64,000 nt of DNA from Chiloscyllium plagiosum (GCF_004010195.1 NC_057753.1:12823446-12887445); one strand, 5' to 3'; numbered from the stretch's first letter, positions 26,250 through 40,199 are shown. Numbers and translations are program-made. The notes: generated from the sequence alone by a model not told the origin.

Positions 26250-26644
26250 GTTAGACTGCCGAGCAACTTGCCAGCGAATGAGGTATTGACAGATGGTTCA
26301 TCAGTGGCAAGTCACGATTAACCCATCATTCGTGATGTTCTCATACATTCAGTTTTCTAATAATTGCATTGAGTAGAAGTGAATTCAGATGCAATTTTGC
26401 ATTTCTACTTTTTCAGTTAGCAACATATGCAGGCAGATTCATCACCGTGAACAAAGAACAAATGAAGGGCAAACTTCTATATTTGTAAGAAAACGTGGGA
26501 GGGAAGCACACAGACAGGGTGGGGTGACTGTAAATAGATCACTGGCATCAGTTAAACTGAAATGAAATTAAAATGAATGGCTGTGAACAACTTTTGTGGT
26601 TTGCTGTTTATTGGGCAGATCAGAATGGTGGAAAAAATCTGCAA

Positions 26645-26955
26645 GGGGCTCAGTGGTTAACGCTGCTGCCTCACACCACCAGGGAATAATGTTTGCTTCC
26701 ACCCCCGGGTGACTGTGTGAAGTTTCCATAATTCCAACGTCCCCCCTCACCCCGCATCCGTGTCTGCATGAATTTCCTCAGGTTCCCTGGTTTTCTCCTA
26801 CAATTCAAAGGTGTGCAAACTAAGTGGCTTAGTCATGAGGAAATCCAGAGTTACGTGGATAGTTTAGGTCGTTCCAGGTGTGATGCTGTTTGGCAGGACG
26901 GTGTGGATTCATTGGCTGAATGGCCTGCTTCCATACTGTAACGATTCTATGATTC
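26645..26955 (+). mobile_element. Old HE1-type V-SINE
   Basis: gctcagtggttaacgctgctgcctcac..., V-domain remnant, and tail gctgaatggcctgcttccatactgtaacgattctatg. Confidence 0.75.
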
Positions 26956-27339
26956 AGTGGCTGCGAAATACAATAAGTTGCGGGCTGTAGCCAAACCCTG
27001 TAAATTCAGATGCAGAGATGAATGCATGTACCGTCACGCAGCATCAGATTCATAAATATGCCTGGCACCAAGTGAAAATTAATGTCGACTCTGCACTTGC
27101 ATTATTTTTAATCTAATTCAAAGTGTTGCTTCTGCTTGTTGTTAACTGTTTGGCATTTTCGGAGTAGTTCTTTTGTTTTTAATATTCAGTCATTTTTTTT
27201 TACTTCTCTGGAACAAGATCAGCTATGATCAGCTTTAGTGAACATACTGCTGCATTACGTTCAGAAAGAATTCGATGCAAAAGGTGCAGATAAACCTTTC
27301 AATTCTTCACACTTATATTTTAAATCGTTTCACCTGGCT

Positions 27340-27760
27340 TGTATTCGCCTGAATTTAGACGAACGGGTGCGGCAGGATCTCAGAGAAACATATAAAATAA
27401 TGAAGGGATTTGACAGCTTAGACGGCGAGAGAATTCTTCTGATATTGGGGAAGTCCAGAATTAGGGTCACAGTCTCAGAATAAAAGGTAATCAATTCGTG
27501 ACTGAGAAGAGGAATCATTTCTTACCTGAGAGAGATATGAACCTTTGGAATTCTGTGCCACGGACAGCTGTTGGAGTCTGTTAATTAGCTATATTCATGG
27601 AATAGCTGGACATGGCCCTTGTTATTACAGTGATCAAGAGGCATAGAGAGACAGCGAAAGTGGGATATTAAAATTGCATGATCAGCCATGAACATATTGA
27701 ATGGGGCTTTTGATCTGAAGGGCCAAATTGCCTAACTCCTACACTTAATTTCTATGTTTG
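27340..27760 (+). mobile_element. CR1 LINE 3' fragment
   Basis: RQDLRETYKIMKGFDSLD...; 3'UTR gatcagccatgaacatattgaatgg. Confidence 0.8.
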
Positions 27761-27766
27761 CATTTT

Positions 27767-29144
27767 AAAGTTAAAAATCACACAACGCCAGGTTATAGCC
27801 CAACAGGTTTATTTGGAAGCATTAGCTTTCGGTGTGCTGCTCCTTTATAGGTAGTTGTGGAGAATAAGATTGCAAGGCACACAATTTATAGCAAAAACTT
27901 ACAATGTGATGTAACTGAAATTATATATTGAAAAAGACCTGGAGTGTCTGTTAAGTCTCTCATCTTTTAGAATGACTTTACGTTCTTGCATATGTAAATC
28001 GCAAAACCTTTTTTTTTACAAGTTACGTTCTCAAGTGCACTTTAACAAGTGGTGTCATGTCGGCCCAGATAAGGTATTAAAGCTTTTAACTCCCTGTGAG
28101 ACTGTCTGTGCCACAATGGTCAGACTGATGTTAATCTAAAAAACGGATTTACAGAATCTTACGTGGATTCATGCAGTTTTTGAGCAAAGTAAATTGTAAT
28201 TCTGCAAGTACAAATAAACTCCATAAACGTATATATGTATGTGTGCTTGTGTATGTGTTGTCTGTCTGTCTGTGTGTCCATCTGTCTGTGTGTGTGCACA
28301 GTGCAGTGGGATCACTTGGAGTGTGATATACACCCAGGGCCCCGGTACCCATAAAGATAGCCTCAACTGGTCCTTGGGTTTATGTTACACAACAGGTGAC
28401 CCGATTGTACTATACACAGCCACAGATAGACGGACACACATGCACACACGCGTGCACACACACACATACTCAGACCCTCTGTGATACACTTACACATACA
28501 CTCCCATACACACCATCTCACAGAATAAACTCCTTTTATACTCACCCTCACACACATGCACACCCCCTCTCACAGACACACATAACCCCCCACACCCCGA
28601 AACACACACGCCCCAACATGCGCATATGCACGTATAAGTTTGTGGGGTGAATTCTTACTTGCAGAATTGCATTTTACTTTGCTCAAAAACTGCACAAATC
28701 CATGTAAGATTCTGTAAATACTTAGTTTAGATTAGGATCACTCTGACCATTGTGTTACAGACAGCCTCACAGGGAGATAACACCTTCAATACCCTATCTA
28801 GGCCGACATGACACCAATTGTTCAAGTGCACTTGAAAATGTAACTTTTAGAAAATGGTTTTACGATTTACATAGGAAAAAACTGAAACTAAGATGGTAAT
28901 TCAAAAAAAATGAGAGATTTAACAAATAATCCAGGTCATTTTCAAAATATAATCTCAGGTCCATCGCACTATAAAGTTTTGCAATAAATTATGTGCCTTA
29001 CAAACTTATTCTCCACAATCACCTAATGAAGGAGCAGGACTCCGAAAACTAGTGCTTCCAAATCAACCTGTCTAATTACAACCGGGTGTTGGGTGATGTT
29101 TCAACTTTGTGCACCCCAGTATAACACTGGCGTTTCCAAATCAT
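27767..29144. mobile_element. ~1.35-kb foldback (long inverted-repeat) element, probably Penelope-derived
   Basis: Left arm ~27767-28228 (aaagttaaaaatcacacaacgccaggttatagcccaacagg...) is the reverse complement of right arm ~28625-29108. The GT-rich inner left mirrors the CA-rich inner right. Confidence 0.85.
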
Positions 29145-29234
29145 GTCTATTTTAAAGCAGCGCTATTAAGTTTAGTAAGTGCAGGCTTCTTTTCAAAGTG
29201 TCCCCAACCCATTCACAGTTCCCCACGACAACAG

Positions 29235-29794
29235 AGTTTTTGCACGAAATTCCACCTGTTTCCTGTCACTGCGTCTCTCAGCCCGCAGTAATACACTGCA
29301 CTGTCAGACAGCTGCAGTCCGCTGATAGTGAAATTCCCCTCGTGTTTCGAAATATCCAGAAATGCAGAAAATCGATCGCCAACACTCTGTACTTTGAAAC
29401 TGTTGTCATGTGGTGACTTGCAGCTCAATGATGTAAGGGATTCTCCACCGTCCTGATGGTACAGACGGTACAGTTATGAGAAATAGAAGGCAGCCGAAAT
29501 CAAATAACTGAAGTAAACTATTACTGCGTCTCCTTCAATCTCAGTTACTGTAATTGGTTCCTGTGAGACCCAACACGCATGACGAACAGCTGCAGAAATT
29601 TAGATTTGAAAAAGAAAATGTTTTTAGCGTTACATTCTGCAATCAATGCAAAGGAACTTATTGCAAATGGAGGGACAGTACAATTAAAGAGCAAGTTGTC
29701 CGTGTCATCGACAAGTGAGAATTGTTAGAGTGGAGAACTTAACTGTTAAGAGAGCTGAAGCAGTGAGGAATGACTAAGTGATAATACATGACAT
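29235..29794 (-). pseudogene. V pseudogene, same family as 5009-5641
   Basis: Leader MSCIIT* with donor gt>tt. Exon from 29589: VSQEPITVTEIEGDAVIVYFSYLISAAFYFS*LYRLYHQDG...DRFSAFLDISKHEGNFTISGLQLSDSAVYYCGLR. RSS cgcagtg+23+gcaaaaact. Confidence 0.92.
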
Positions 29795-30467
29795 GTTTTC
29801 AGGGCCCATGGTGGGTTTGAACAGAGAGAACTGAAGCTAAATTATTTGAGTGCAGAACTGATGGTGCGTTTGAATATAGGGAGTTGAATGTCAAATGTTT
29901 CATCTGAGATTTGAGATGAGGAGTTACATCTGCTTCTGGCTCACGGCTGGCAGAATCACCAGATGTCATCCAATCCACGTTTGGCTCAATCCAACAATCC
30001 AAACTGTCTGAGCAAGGAGCGGGAAACGACATGTATTTGCTCTCTTTCCAGTGAACTGCGCAGAATAAGGTTTCTCAGAACTGTCCCAATTTATCTTATT
30101 ATCCAATCGTACGTCACAAGTGGCTTTGCATAAAATCAAGCGCCGAGGAACGACGACTGTCTGAGGTAGACAACATCACTAAGACATGAATGAAACCGGT
30201 TTCTCATCTTTTAACCGTCAATGTTTGTGATAGGTCAGTGATTACGAATATTTAAATTTGCCCTGCTGATGATGCCAAAGATTACCACTTACAAATGCTG
30301 CTCAATGACCATGAAGAATATTTGTTTCAGGAGTGACTTGTTGCAGAATGACACACATAAAGTCCCAGCGCAAGTGATCAATTAGACAAGATGGTATTTA
30401 ACATGCCGCTTTGTTTGTGTTCACAGTTAGCAATTCGGATCTTAGATGTGATGCAATGAAAAAAAAC

Positions 30468-30790
30468 TGAGGATTCCTGCTGTACACTCTGACTGTGCCT
30501 GTATGCCAAGCGCACAGTAATTCGACAGAGTCAGAGACACTGAACACAGAGATATTTAAAAGCATCAGTTTCTTGTGTTGGTTCAAATGAAATTCATTTC
30601 TCTACGGAGTTTCAGAAGCAGAATAAATTAACCCATTTAACTGTCTCTGGGCTGCATTGAACGGTGTAGCATTGCGTTAGTGAGCTTTTGGAATCAAGGC
30701 AAGCGAATTTACTGCCAGCATCGTGCAAGTACAATAGATTGGAGATGCTGTATGATGTGGTATTTCCAGAACCACAAACAGTGTGCTACC
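30468..30790 (-). pseudogene. Degenerate V pseudogene ending in CAW
   Basis: FR1-like KFACLDSKSSLTQ, FR2/CDR2-like RQLNGLIYSASE, FR3 FHLNQHKKLMLLNISVFSVSDSVELLCAWHTG. Heptamer cacagtc at 30491-30497; nonamer lost. Confidence 0.55.
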
Positions 30791-31489
30791 ATGCACTCAA
30801 ACACAGACCGTGAGGAAATTAAATTAATCTCGGTTCAAACAGCGAAATGCTTCTGGGGCAACTCAGAAAATTAGCTCTAGCCCCTGTTCCCTTTGAAATG
30901 TCAGCCAACATTCTACTTAACGTTCATGTTACTTACTCCGCTCATCTGTACCCACTGTAGCTATTTGTGAGTGATAAAGTAGGAGCTACATCAGTGCCAC
31001 CTCCTGCAATATGACCCTGCAGCTGCTACCGTGCAGCTGCCTTCTGGAAAGTTTGAATGTTTTGGACTTAGAAGCGAATATATGCTAGCTGAGGGTGACA
31101 TTATGCCACAATCAAATAAGATGAATCATCCAGGAAAGAAATGTTGACCTTGTTAATTCATTGTCATCACTCCGCACAATTTGACTCCACTGTTTTTGTT
31201 GCCAAAACTTTCTCAAACGGTTTTAGACATATCCAAAGATGCTCCAGACGAACATTTGCAGTGGTTTATACTTGTATGTATCTGGACACAGAGGCAGACA
31301 GAACAATAATGCAAACGAAATACACACATGGACAGATACTCGAAAGGACACCAAATCATGACTGGTATGAAAGGAGAATACACCACATCACCAGATCCCA
31401 AACACACACACACAGAAACATGCATACCTTAAAATGCAAACAGACAAACATAAACGCATGCACAACAGATATTCAGACACAGACGCATG

Positions 31490-32620
31490 GATATTGAACC
31501 ATCATGTAGTACAGTGAAATAATTTTACATCAAAACAGCCTGACATTTTGTCAGGATACTTTTTATCCCTCTACTACCCTTCAAGAAAATGAATTCCAGT
31601 TTCCCACAACCCTTTGACTGATTAAGTACTCGTCAAATCTCTTCTCAAACCTGTCCCCCTCATCTTTGCAGCAATCCCTGAGCTCTGTGACAATTGAAAA
31701 TATTACATTCTGTCCGTTCTATCTATGCCCATCAATTGTTATACATCTCAATTATTCCTCGCCTTCAGTCTGCTTTGCTCCAAGGAAATGAACATCAGTC
31801 TTTCCATCCTGTCTTCTTAACTTCATCACTCCAGCTCAATTAACAAACTGAACATCTCCTCGGCATCATTTAGTGCGCTAAAATCTCTCTTATAATGTAG
31901 ATAACAGTCCTGGACAAAATACCCAAGTTGCAATCTATTTTGTACAGTTCCACCATGACTTCCCTGCAATAGACTTTGCGATTCAGCTTATAAAGAGAAG
32001 CATCCTAGGTGTTTCTGCATCCTACTCTACTACTTTACGGGACTAGTGGACATGCACTCAAAGGTTCCACTCGTCCTCAGAGCTTTGCAATATCCTCTAT
32101 TTCAGCATTTTGTCCTTTGCCCTGTTTTTCCTGCTACGTGGATTACCTCACACTTCAGCAGATCGATTTGAATTTGTACCGGTCCAGTCGAACTGACGTA
32201 TCATTCGACCACCTCCTCTAACTTGAAATGAACTTCCTCACTATTTATCAGTTCATAAACCTTCATATTATCCACAAACCTACTGGCCAACGCTCCTAAC
32301 ATTAAATACGATCCTTGCAGAACTCCACTGAAAACAGGTTTCCAGGAAAAAAAACGAAACCTTACCGTCTTCTGTCGGCTTTTCACCGTTTTCGGGATTC
32401 AAACATACGAATTGTTAAATTCCATGAATGGGTATCCTGGCGACCTATGTACTCCTATTCTTGTCATCCATGTCTCATGAGGGAACTTATCAAATACCCT
32501 TCTGATGTGCAATTATTCTGTGTCAAACGTATTGTCCTCATCTGCATTCCTCGTCACATATTCGAAAACTTCAAACAAGATCATCAGTCAGATGTTACCC
32601 TAAACAACCCTATGCTATCT
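31490..32620 (-). mobile_element. Old CR1 LINE RT/3' fragment
   Basis: SWKPVFSGVLQGS...FVDNMKV (RT SGVPQGS/FADD-like) and degenerate 3' end. Confidence 0.7.
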
Positions 32621-33019
32621 GTTCTTACCCCAACATCTCTACGTGCATGTTACTCTTTCATTTCCTCCTTCTGTCGTGTTCTCTCTGTATTGGTGGAATC
32701 TGCCTCACTTTGATTTGAGATATCATAATTTAACAAAACTCATCTACAGACGCCTTTAACCTCAATTTTCATCGCCTTCTAATGAATTTCAAGGTGCTGA
32801 AAAGAATGTGCAGAGTGAGACAGTTAAACTGGGGCAAATAATTTCCAATAATCTGATATCTCTCAAGCTCTATTTTATGTATATTTAAAGCAGGAGAATT
32901 TTTAAAATCGCTTTCAACTAGTGCTTCTTTTCATCAGATTTCTGCATCAAGCGTTTATGGGAGCAGAAAACAATGGACCCCTCTGACAGTAAAGGAAAAA
33001 CATGACAGGATTTCCTAAC

Positions 33020-35518
33020 CCCTCATTATTCAGAAGGATTGGCAAGGGTGACGAATGTGTATACCAGTACTCTTTCATCTGCTTCCGAAATAAATTCTTG
33101 TTGTTGCCAGAACTAATTAACTCGAGTGTGTTGGTTGTCTCCTCAAAGATGCACCGTGGGTCAGTGAAACCCAGTCCATCGAAGTAACCCACAGCTTTGC
33201 GTCAGACGTAGATAAAATGTCTGACAAGAGGGGACCATGGGAGGAGAAAGCTTAGAGCGATGGCAAACATTCGTGCTGTGGTTCTTTGCGGTTGACCATC
33301 TCTAGGTCTTGTCGCTTCTCAGCGCCCCAGAGCCTTCTGCGAGCTCTCTTGATGCTAGGGTGTGTCTTATGATCAGGACATTGAGCAACAGAATGAGCAA
33401 GAACTGGAGAAAGGGCGTAAATATATGAAAGAGCCAATCATAGACTTGCCAATCTGGCCAGTTATAGAAGTTGGCATCTGGCCAGGTATAGAAGTTGCAA
33501 ACCTAGGGCACACCGTCCAAAATGAACAAAGCATGTAATGCAAATCCAAAAGGGACGTTTTTGATTCAACTCAGGGCACAGATCATTCCAAAGATCAGTG
33601 ATGCAGTTTTGTCAGTGCAGTATCTGGTCTTCAGATTCTGGCAACAAATGGCTGCAAAACAGTTGATGGTAAAGGCGACTGTCAGCCGGACTGAGCAATC
33701 GCAGGTGCCATAGGCCAGGAAGATGCTGAGAGTGCACACACGAGTGTTGGACATAACACTTTGCCAAATGTAGATGTGGCTGATTTAGTTGAGGATGACC
33801 GCGGTTGCAATGACAAGAAAATCGGACACTGCAAGCATCACCAGGTAATACGTGATGCTCCGTGAGACACCACAGTGTCCTCACAATACGATTATGATTG
33901 CCAGCAAGTTCGCTGTGAGAGATCAAGAGATAGACATTGCTGAGCACAATACAAACACTGTCTTCTGACTTGTACAATCTTTTACAAAACAATCTTTAAC
34001 TATCACCTTCCCTCTTCCAAACTTTTCCTATTCCAAAATCATTGACAAATGTTTGGCAACCATACAGCATCAAACATCTGTCAATTCAAATGATGAAGAA
34101 CCAGCACTCTGAAATTTTGTCTTTTCAAGTATAACCTTTTGACGTCTCTCACTTCTGACTTTCTACAGCGAAGCCTAAAACCACACATCCACTTCATCTG
34201 ACAATGCAATCAATCTCGGTAAAAAAAAAAAGGCGTCACTCTCTGATCACTGAGTTAAAGTCAATGGCTACTTGTCCAATGCAGGATAACTGGATTAAGA
34301 TCCTGCCTGAATGTACTCGTACGAAACAGCAGACATCCTTGCACCCATAACCGTTAACCAACGTTAGCTCCTTGACAATACCCAACACTTTACAATCTCA
34401 TCCTTCACATTTTTGGAAACTCCAGCATCTCGCCACATTCGTTCCTATGACATAACACAATTGTCAACTTTGATTCTATCTCCTCTGTATTCGTCAAATT
34501 AATGCATATAACAGTGTCAGTTATTGATTTAATGATTAAAACCGAAATCACTGGAATTATCACCTGAACAGCTCTGCTTCTGCTCCATTCAGTCAGACGT
34601 TCGTTTGATCAAATAATTTGATACCATCTCATATTCCTCGAAACTAAATTTGATTGCTAAATTGTGCCGGTGTTTCCTTTATGCAGTGAGGTGGTCCTAG
34701 ACAACGTGCAACTGCGTGTTTTGAAAATTGTGAAAAAAAGATTTTCTGGCAAATTAATATGAAATACAATCATCCAAAATCTGCGAGAATTCGCGGCAGA
34801 GAATCAAACTAACAACAGCTTCAAAGTCTTGCATCACTACTGACGTCTTTTCGCCTAAACCTTAATTAATTCCAAAACCTGAATAACAATGGTGCCATCC
34901 ACTGGGAACTCGACACCTCATTACATCGTTCTACGATGCACACTGTAAATTCGTTTAATCACTGAATGTAGGTTTGCATGAAAAAAAATTGCCGAATGTA
35001 TTATGACAAAATAGTTCATATGCAGAGACTGCTCTGAGACCCGTGCAGAATGACATTTTATGACACCATCATAAACAATCAATCCTACAATGCCTAAAAC
35101 GCTAGATTGCATTTTATTGAATTGCAATGGATCCTAATCTGTGACAATATTCTCGTTTAATGCGCGTGCATTGTCATTCACCACAAGTCAGTGTCTCATA
35201 GACCATTTGCCTATAATTACACAGCATGCAAAAGTGCCCTTCATTGTAAAGAAAAAGTAAGTAATGCACGATGATCTTCCATAGTGCAGGTATTATTTCA
35301 TAATGTATTACAAACACTGAAGACCTGCTGAAGACCCTTAATATCAAAGCCTTGCATGTTGGTATAATTCTGCCAAGTCTGGGAAGGAAAATGTATAAAC
35401 GTCTGGAAAAACTATGATAAGCTGCACAATTTTCTCGAACATCCTTAACAGGGGTATCCATAGCAACGAGAATTGAATACCAAATGATAAAGAAGGGAGA
35501 AATGACTGGCTCCTGCAT
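33020..35518 (-). pseudogene. GPR139/GPR142-like class A GPCR pseudogene (exon 1 ~35449-35518, exon 2 ~33020-33912)
   Basis: Exon 1 MQEPVISPFFIIWYSILVAMDTP. Exon 2 ANLLAIIIVL*GHCGVSRSITYYLVMLAVSDFLV...DCSVRLTVAFTINCFAAICCQNLKTRYCTDKTA. Several in-frame stops; paralogous to 42184-46748. Confidence 0.9.
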
Positions 35519-38500
35519 CGTTGTTTAGAAACTGCAGGAGTTGTTGTCCTTGTGCAAGTTTTCTCTGCTCCACATTCAAATTTTCCCTCATTTATTTGGA
35601 GTAGTAGTCTTAGACAACTAAGTTACAGCATGCAAATTACTTAAATTTCGTTTAATGAAGAGATTACCTCACCGCTTCATGCCCTCCAACAAGGTGAATG
35701 AATGCATTTACTTTTGTGGGCAGGATCGCTGTAATTTCTTTGCTTAGTCAAACGTCACAAACTTGGCGATGAGTTTTTCCCCAAGCGAATCCACGCAGCT
35801 AATAGACACTGAGTTAAGTCAATGTAACAATACTTCCTTTTGGTTTCTCGTTTCTGCTATTTCCCAATTTACTCTTTAATTTAAGCATCAACTTACTTAA
35901 TATGTTGTGTTCTTTTATACGTGTTCTAGTGCCTAATACTTTAATAATGCTCAAACATTTCCATAAACGTACAGTTGAAATTTTGGAATAAATTGCTAAC
36001 ACACATAATAGATTAAGATGGAAGCATCAAATGGAAATTTTGGCAACGTTGAACTGAAAAGAATATTGATTTGATCAGATAAATCAAACGTGAAAGAAGG
36101 GGGTACACATGCTGAAGATTGTGTAGAGAGCTTCTGGTACAGGAACAGATGACTGATGTCATTATTTTATATAACAACAGAAACATCAGTTCAATGGGTG
36201 ATGGGAAAACTGATTAAAAATAGAGTGCCACATTGATTAGCAACAAAGGTTGAGTACTTTATTGCAGAAATCTTCATATTGTCTCGCAGTAGCAAATGAA
36301 ATAAAACTGTTTGCAGTGCTCACAGGGCCACATGTAGTAATTGAAGCATATACTATTTCAGCAACAATCAAAATAACTCAAGATTCCAAATGATCCAATA
36401 TACGTTCGAAACCAGTAAATAGCATGTGAATCTATAGTGCCATTGACACAATCTGGAGAAATGGCCAATAAGATACGGCTAAGTATAATAGAAGCAGAGG
36501 CATATTGTTGCTTATATTAAACAGAGATCATGTGCAATGTAATATCAGCAAAAAAAGAGACACAAGTTATGAAGTGAAGCTAAGCTTAAACAATAACATA
36601 GCTATCATAATTCTAGCTGACACAGCGTCCAGTTTCATGGAAATAAATAGATGCACACTTCTAACAATTGCTGTGGAAAGGCAGAAAGTAGGATATAAAG
36701 AGAAACAGGAGTTGATTCGGTAATCATGCAATTGCTGAAGTATCTGTAGGATCTTGTGCATTTAACAATTGTTCCCTCAGCCTGTTCATCATGGAGGCAC
36801 GGGCTTGACAAATTACAATCAAAACCTGGTGAAACTGTGAGAGGACCAGTGTGTATTTATATGCATAATACGTTGGATAATGTACGATAACAGCGTGGAT
36901 CCTTTGTCGTTCTAACAGTGACATAAACAGCTCCAATAAGAAAATATAATGATGAAAGAGATAGATCTAGTAAAGTAATATTTAGTATCAGCAAAAATGC
37001 GAATGCAGCCATAGACGTAACAATATATTAAGTCGACAGGCATTAGTAAAATAATAATGAGGACTGGTAATTCACGAACTAAGGCGGACTCATATTTATA
37101 ATAAAAATACTTTGCATTTGTTCCTATAGTAATAAAAATGTGTTCGCAGTGTGTAAGATGCTCACTCATGTTCCAACGTTCTATGTTTTTGCAGTGCGTT
37201 GTGTAGATGGTACACACTGCTGTTCCTGAATGCCTGTTCTGCAACGAGTGAACTTTTGTGGAGCAAGTGCTCATCAAGGTGGCTGCTTTTTACTGCATGA
37301 CGTCAAGTTTCTCTAATCTTGATGAGCTCATCCACCATCACACGAAATGGCACAGCAGGCTCGAGATTGGAATGTCCTTCTGTGTTTCTAATTTTTATGT
37401 TTATGCATTAACGACCAGCACGTATTCTGCCTCAGAAAAAAAGGGACTGAATAGGAGATTGAAGAGGTTGGATCAGCTTCTCTGCAAAAAAAAAGAACTA
37501 TGAAGTGACTGAATAGGAATGTTTTAAATAATGCATTTGTTAAGTGAAATGAATTTGAAAGAAAAGTTCTTACGTGTTACTCCATGACAAATAGATATCA
37601 ATAAAAGTTCACTGAAAAAAGTACAGAGGTGATACTGAGGCAAATGCATCTTTCCAAAGACACATTACAACAGAACAGAGCCACTAATACACGTAGTAGA
37701 TGGAACAGGACAGCGGCAGAATGGACAAAGGAATTGGCGGTTACATGGTTCCAACTGTTAATATATCATGTTATGTAAAGGGGAAAGAGATTCATGACAT
37801 GTATTTGCACTGGCGCCGTACATTTCGTCAAATATCCTGCGCCTGTTTTGAAGCTTGTTTATAGTACGAAGTTCAGAGAAAGCTAGGCCGGGAAAATCTT
37901 GGAGAGAATCAGGCAATTGATTGGAGGGCCTGGAGACGATCATATCCGTTAAAGTAGACGCCCCACTCAGTAAAATTGAAACCACAGCGGAACCTACACA
38001 AAATAAAATCAACAGAAAGCACTAAGACTTTAGAACGAGGTCTCAGGATGGCGCAACGACAAACAGAAGAAAGTGGTTGCTGAAATGAAATGAAACTGAC
38101 TGTGAAAATTCAAAATAATGTCAAATCGATAAAGTCGAGCCTCTTTTTAGCCGATAATAAACAAAATAAATAACAGGTAGTGCATTTCCTAAAATGCTGA
38201 TCTATTAATATCATTGATCTCTGACAGTCGGTGTTCAATTTAAATGAATGTTCACTTTTGGTTCGTTCTTCTTGTGAGCGGTGATGGAAACCAGCTTGGT
38301 CTCAGAAACATTTTTTTTTGCAAGTTACGTGTCGTTTATGTCCGAATTTTGATTTGAGTTCACGATTCTTCAGGAAAAAATGCAAAAGTCTGATTAACAT
38401 CATAAAGTCAGCGCAGAGAAATGTTACTTGATATGCATGCCAAACCCCACACCATGAAACTGGAAACTAATTCGTCCTGAAACTCTTGCTCTCTCCCAGT

Positions 38501-40199
38501 AGTCCAACACACATTTACTGATGCAATAAAAATTCCATTTGAGTGCACGCGTCTTATGGACTAGACCAGACCACTTAAAACATTCTAAAGCAGGCAGCCC
38601 ATACCATAACTTTGGAATTTGTTTCGGTAAATGTACAGTGAAAATTATCCAGATTCAGTTAGCTAGGTTGACTAAAAAATTTTAAAACAGACAAAAATGT
38701 GTTCACAAAATTGTACAAAGAAACACAAAGGACAGAATAAAGAAATCGTACGGAATTCAGTCTATCCAAAGTAGATGTAATTATGCTGTTCCAAATATGC
38801 ACAAATGTCTCAATAAGTAAAATCCATTTAAATACCAATATACATGGAACACAGGTTTGCAGGTTGACGTTGAAGGGCAGAAAGAGAGAAAGAGAGTTTC
38901 CACCCAGTTCACTTGAAATCCTCACCAGTTCAAGACTGAATTAAGTCTCTTAGTGCTTCGCTTTTCCTTGTACAAAAGATACCCAACGAAAGGAGTCAAT
39001 GTTTGGAATTCCACTGCCCTTTTGAGTTACAGAATGCCGCTAATTCAAGAAAATGGCTTGACTGAACGACTTTCTGCTCTTCATAGTCCAAATTTCCCAC
39101 CATTTAATCACAAATTGTGAACACTCAAGAGACTATTCTGTCGCGATAAATTCCATCGAATGTCTAACCATTAATAATTATTTCTGTTCAAATTAGATCA
39201 CTTTTCATTATTCTAACCGTTAAGCAATGAATTATCAACTTCACAATTACTTCACAAAAGTAATCTCAAGACAATATTAAGGGCGGCAGCTTCCTTCTGG
39301 AGAGGACATTTGTGAATCTGTGGAATTTTACCATCGTAACAATACAGCCACTTCTGCGTTTACGCTAAATTCAACTTCTAACATATCACAAAATGTTACT
39401 TAGGTCTTTAAAGTAATAGTTCAGCGTTTCTATTACAAAGTTATCACTTTGGTGACCAAGGCGTCTGTCTGGGCCTACTTCAAAACGAATGGTTAACGTA
39501 TCGCTTACTCTCTCTGCCTCACCCTTGTCTTTAGAGTATATCCCAATTTTTCCTAAATGTAGTCAAATCTGAAGAAGAGTTACTGGATCAAATCGTTAAC
39601 CCCGCTCTCCTTGAAGTGATGTTGACTGATGTGTTGATAGTTTCAACTCATTTCTGTTCACATTTTAATGTTTCCTCAGTTGTGATGACATGCCATCTCA
39701 AACATACCATTAACTTTGTCTCTGTACAGACAGGCAGTCTGGTCTGTTTTATAAGTTATCCTTTAAAACTGTAACAATTAAATTTCCTGCATCTGCAGTG
39801 GGTTACTCTTGTCTTGTGAACAATGAAAACGCATTCATCGTTAATGTGAAAAATGTTGAAGCCTTTATCAATTGTTCGTTCTGCAGATTAGAAATTACAT
39901 TGGACTCTCGTTAAATCCTCTTCTTTTATATTGAATTCACTCAGATTTGTCTGCTGCTAAGAAGGAGATTGGTGTTTGACAGCAGTCTGACAAAAGGATG
40001 GCCAAGCTGATTGTGTCTCTTCCCAAGTACCTCCAGACTACAGTCTTTCAAGGCATCTTAGTAGGTTTGATAATCAACACTATAATTAATACTCAAGGCA
40101 TTTTTCTGGGTGCCTTTAAATCGTTTTCAGTTGTCCGTTCTGATTCTATTCTACTATATCCAATGCAAGACAAGAAAAAGGCATCGAAAGTTCTATAGG

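Noticed and set aside
33452-33499. 24-bp in-frame tandem duplication in the GPCR pseudogene
   Set aside because: Real, but inside a gene already disabled by stops, so no functional meaning can be supported.
36781-37030. Possible IgH/gamma-like V remnant (acceptor, KPGETVR, RDRSSKVIFSISK)
   Set aside because: No W41, YYC or RSS can be recognised; a profile search is needed.
37750-38020. RSS-like cacagcg+22+acagaaagc with faint V-like peptide upstream
   Set aside because: No FR3/YYC motif; insufficient evidence for a V.
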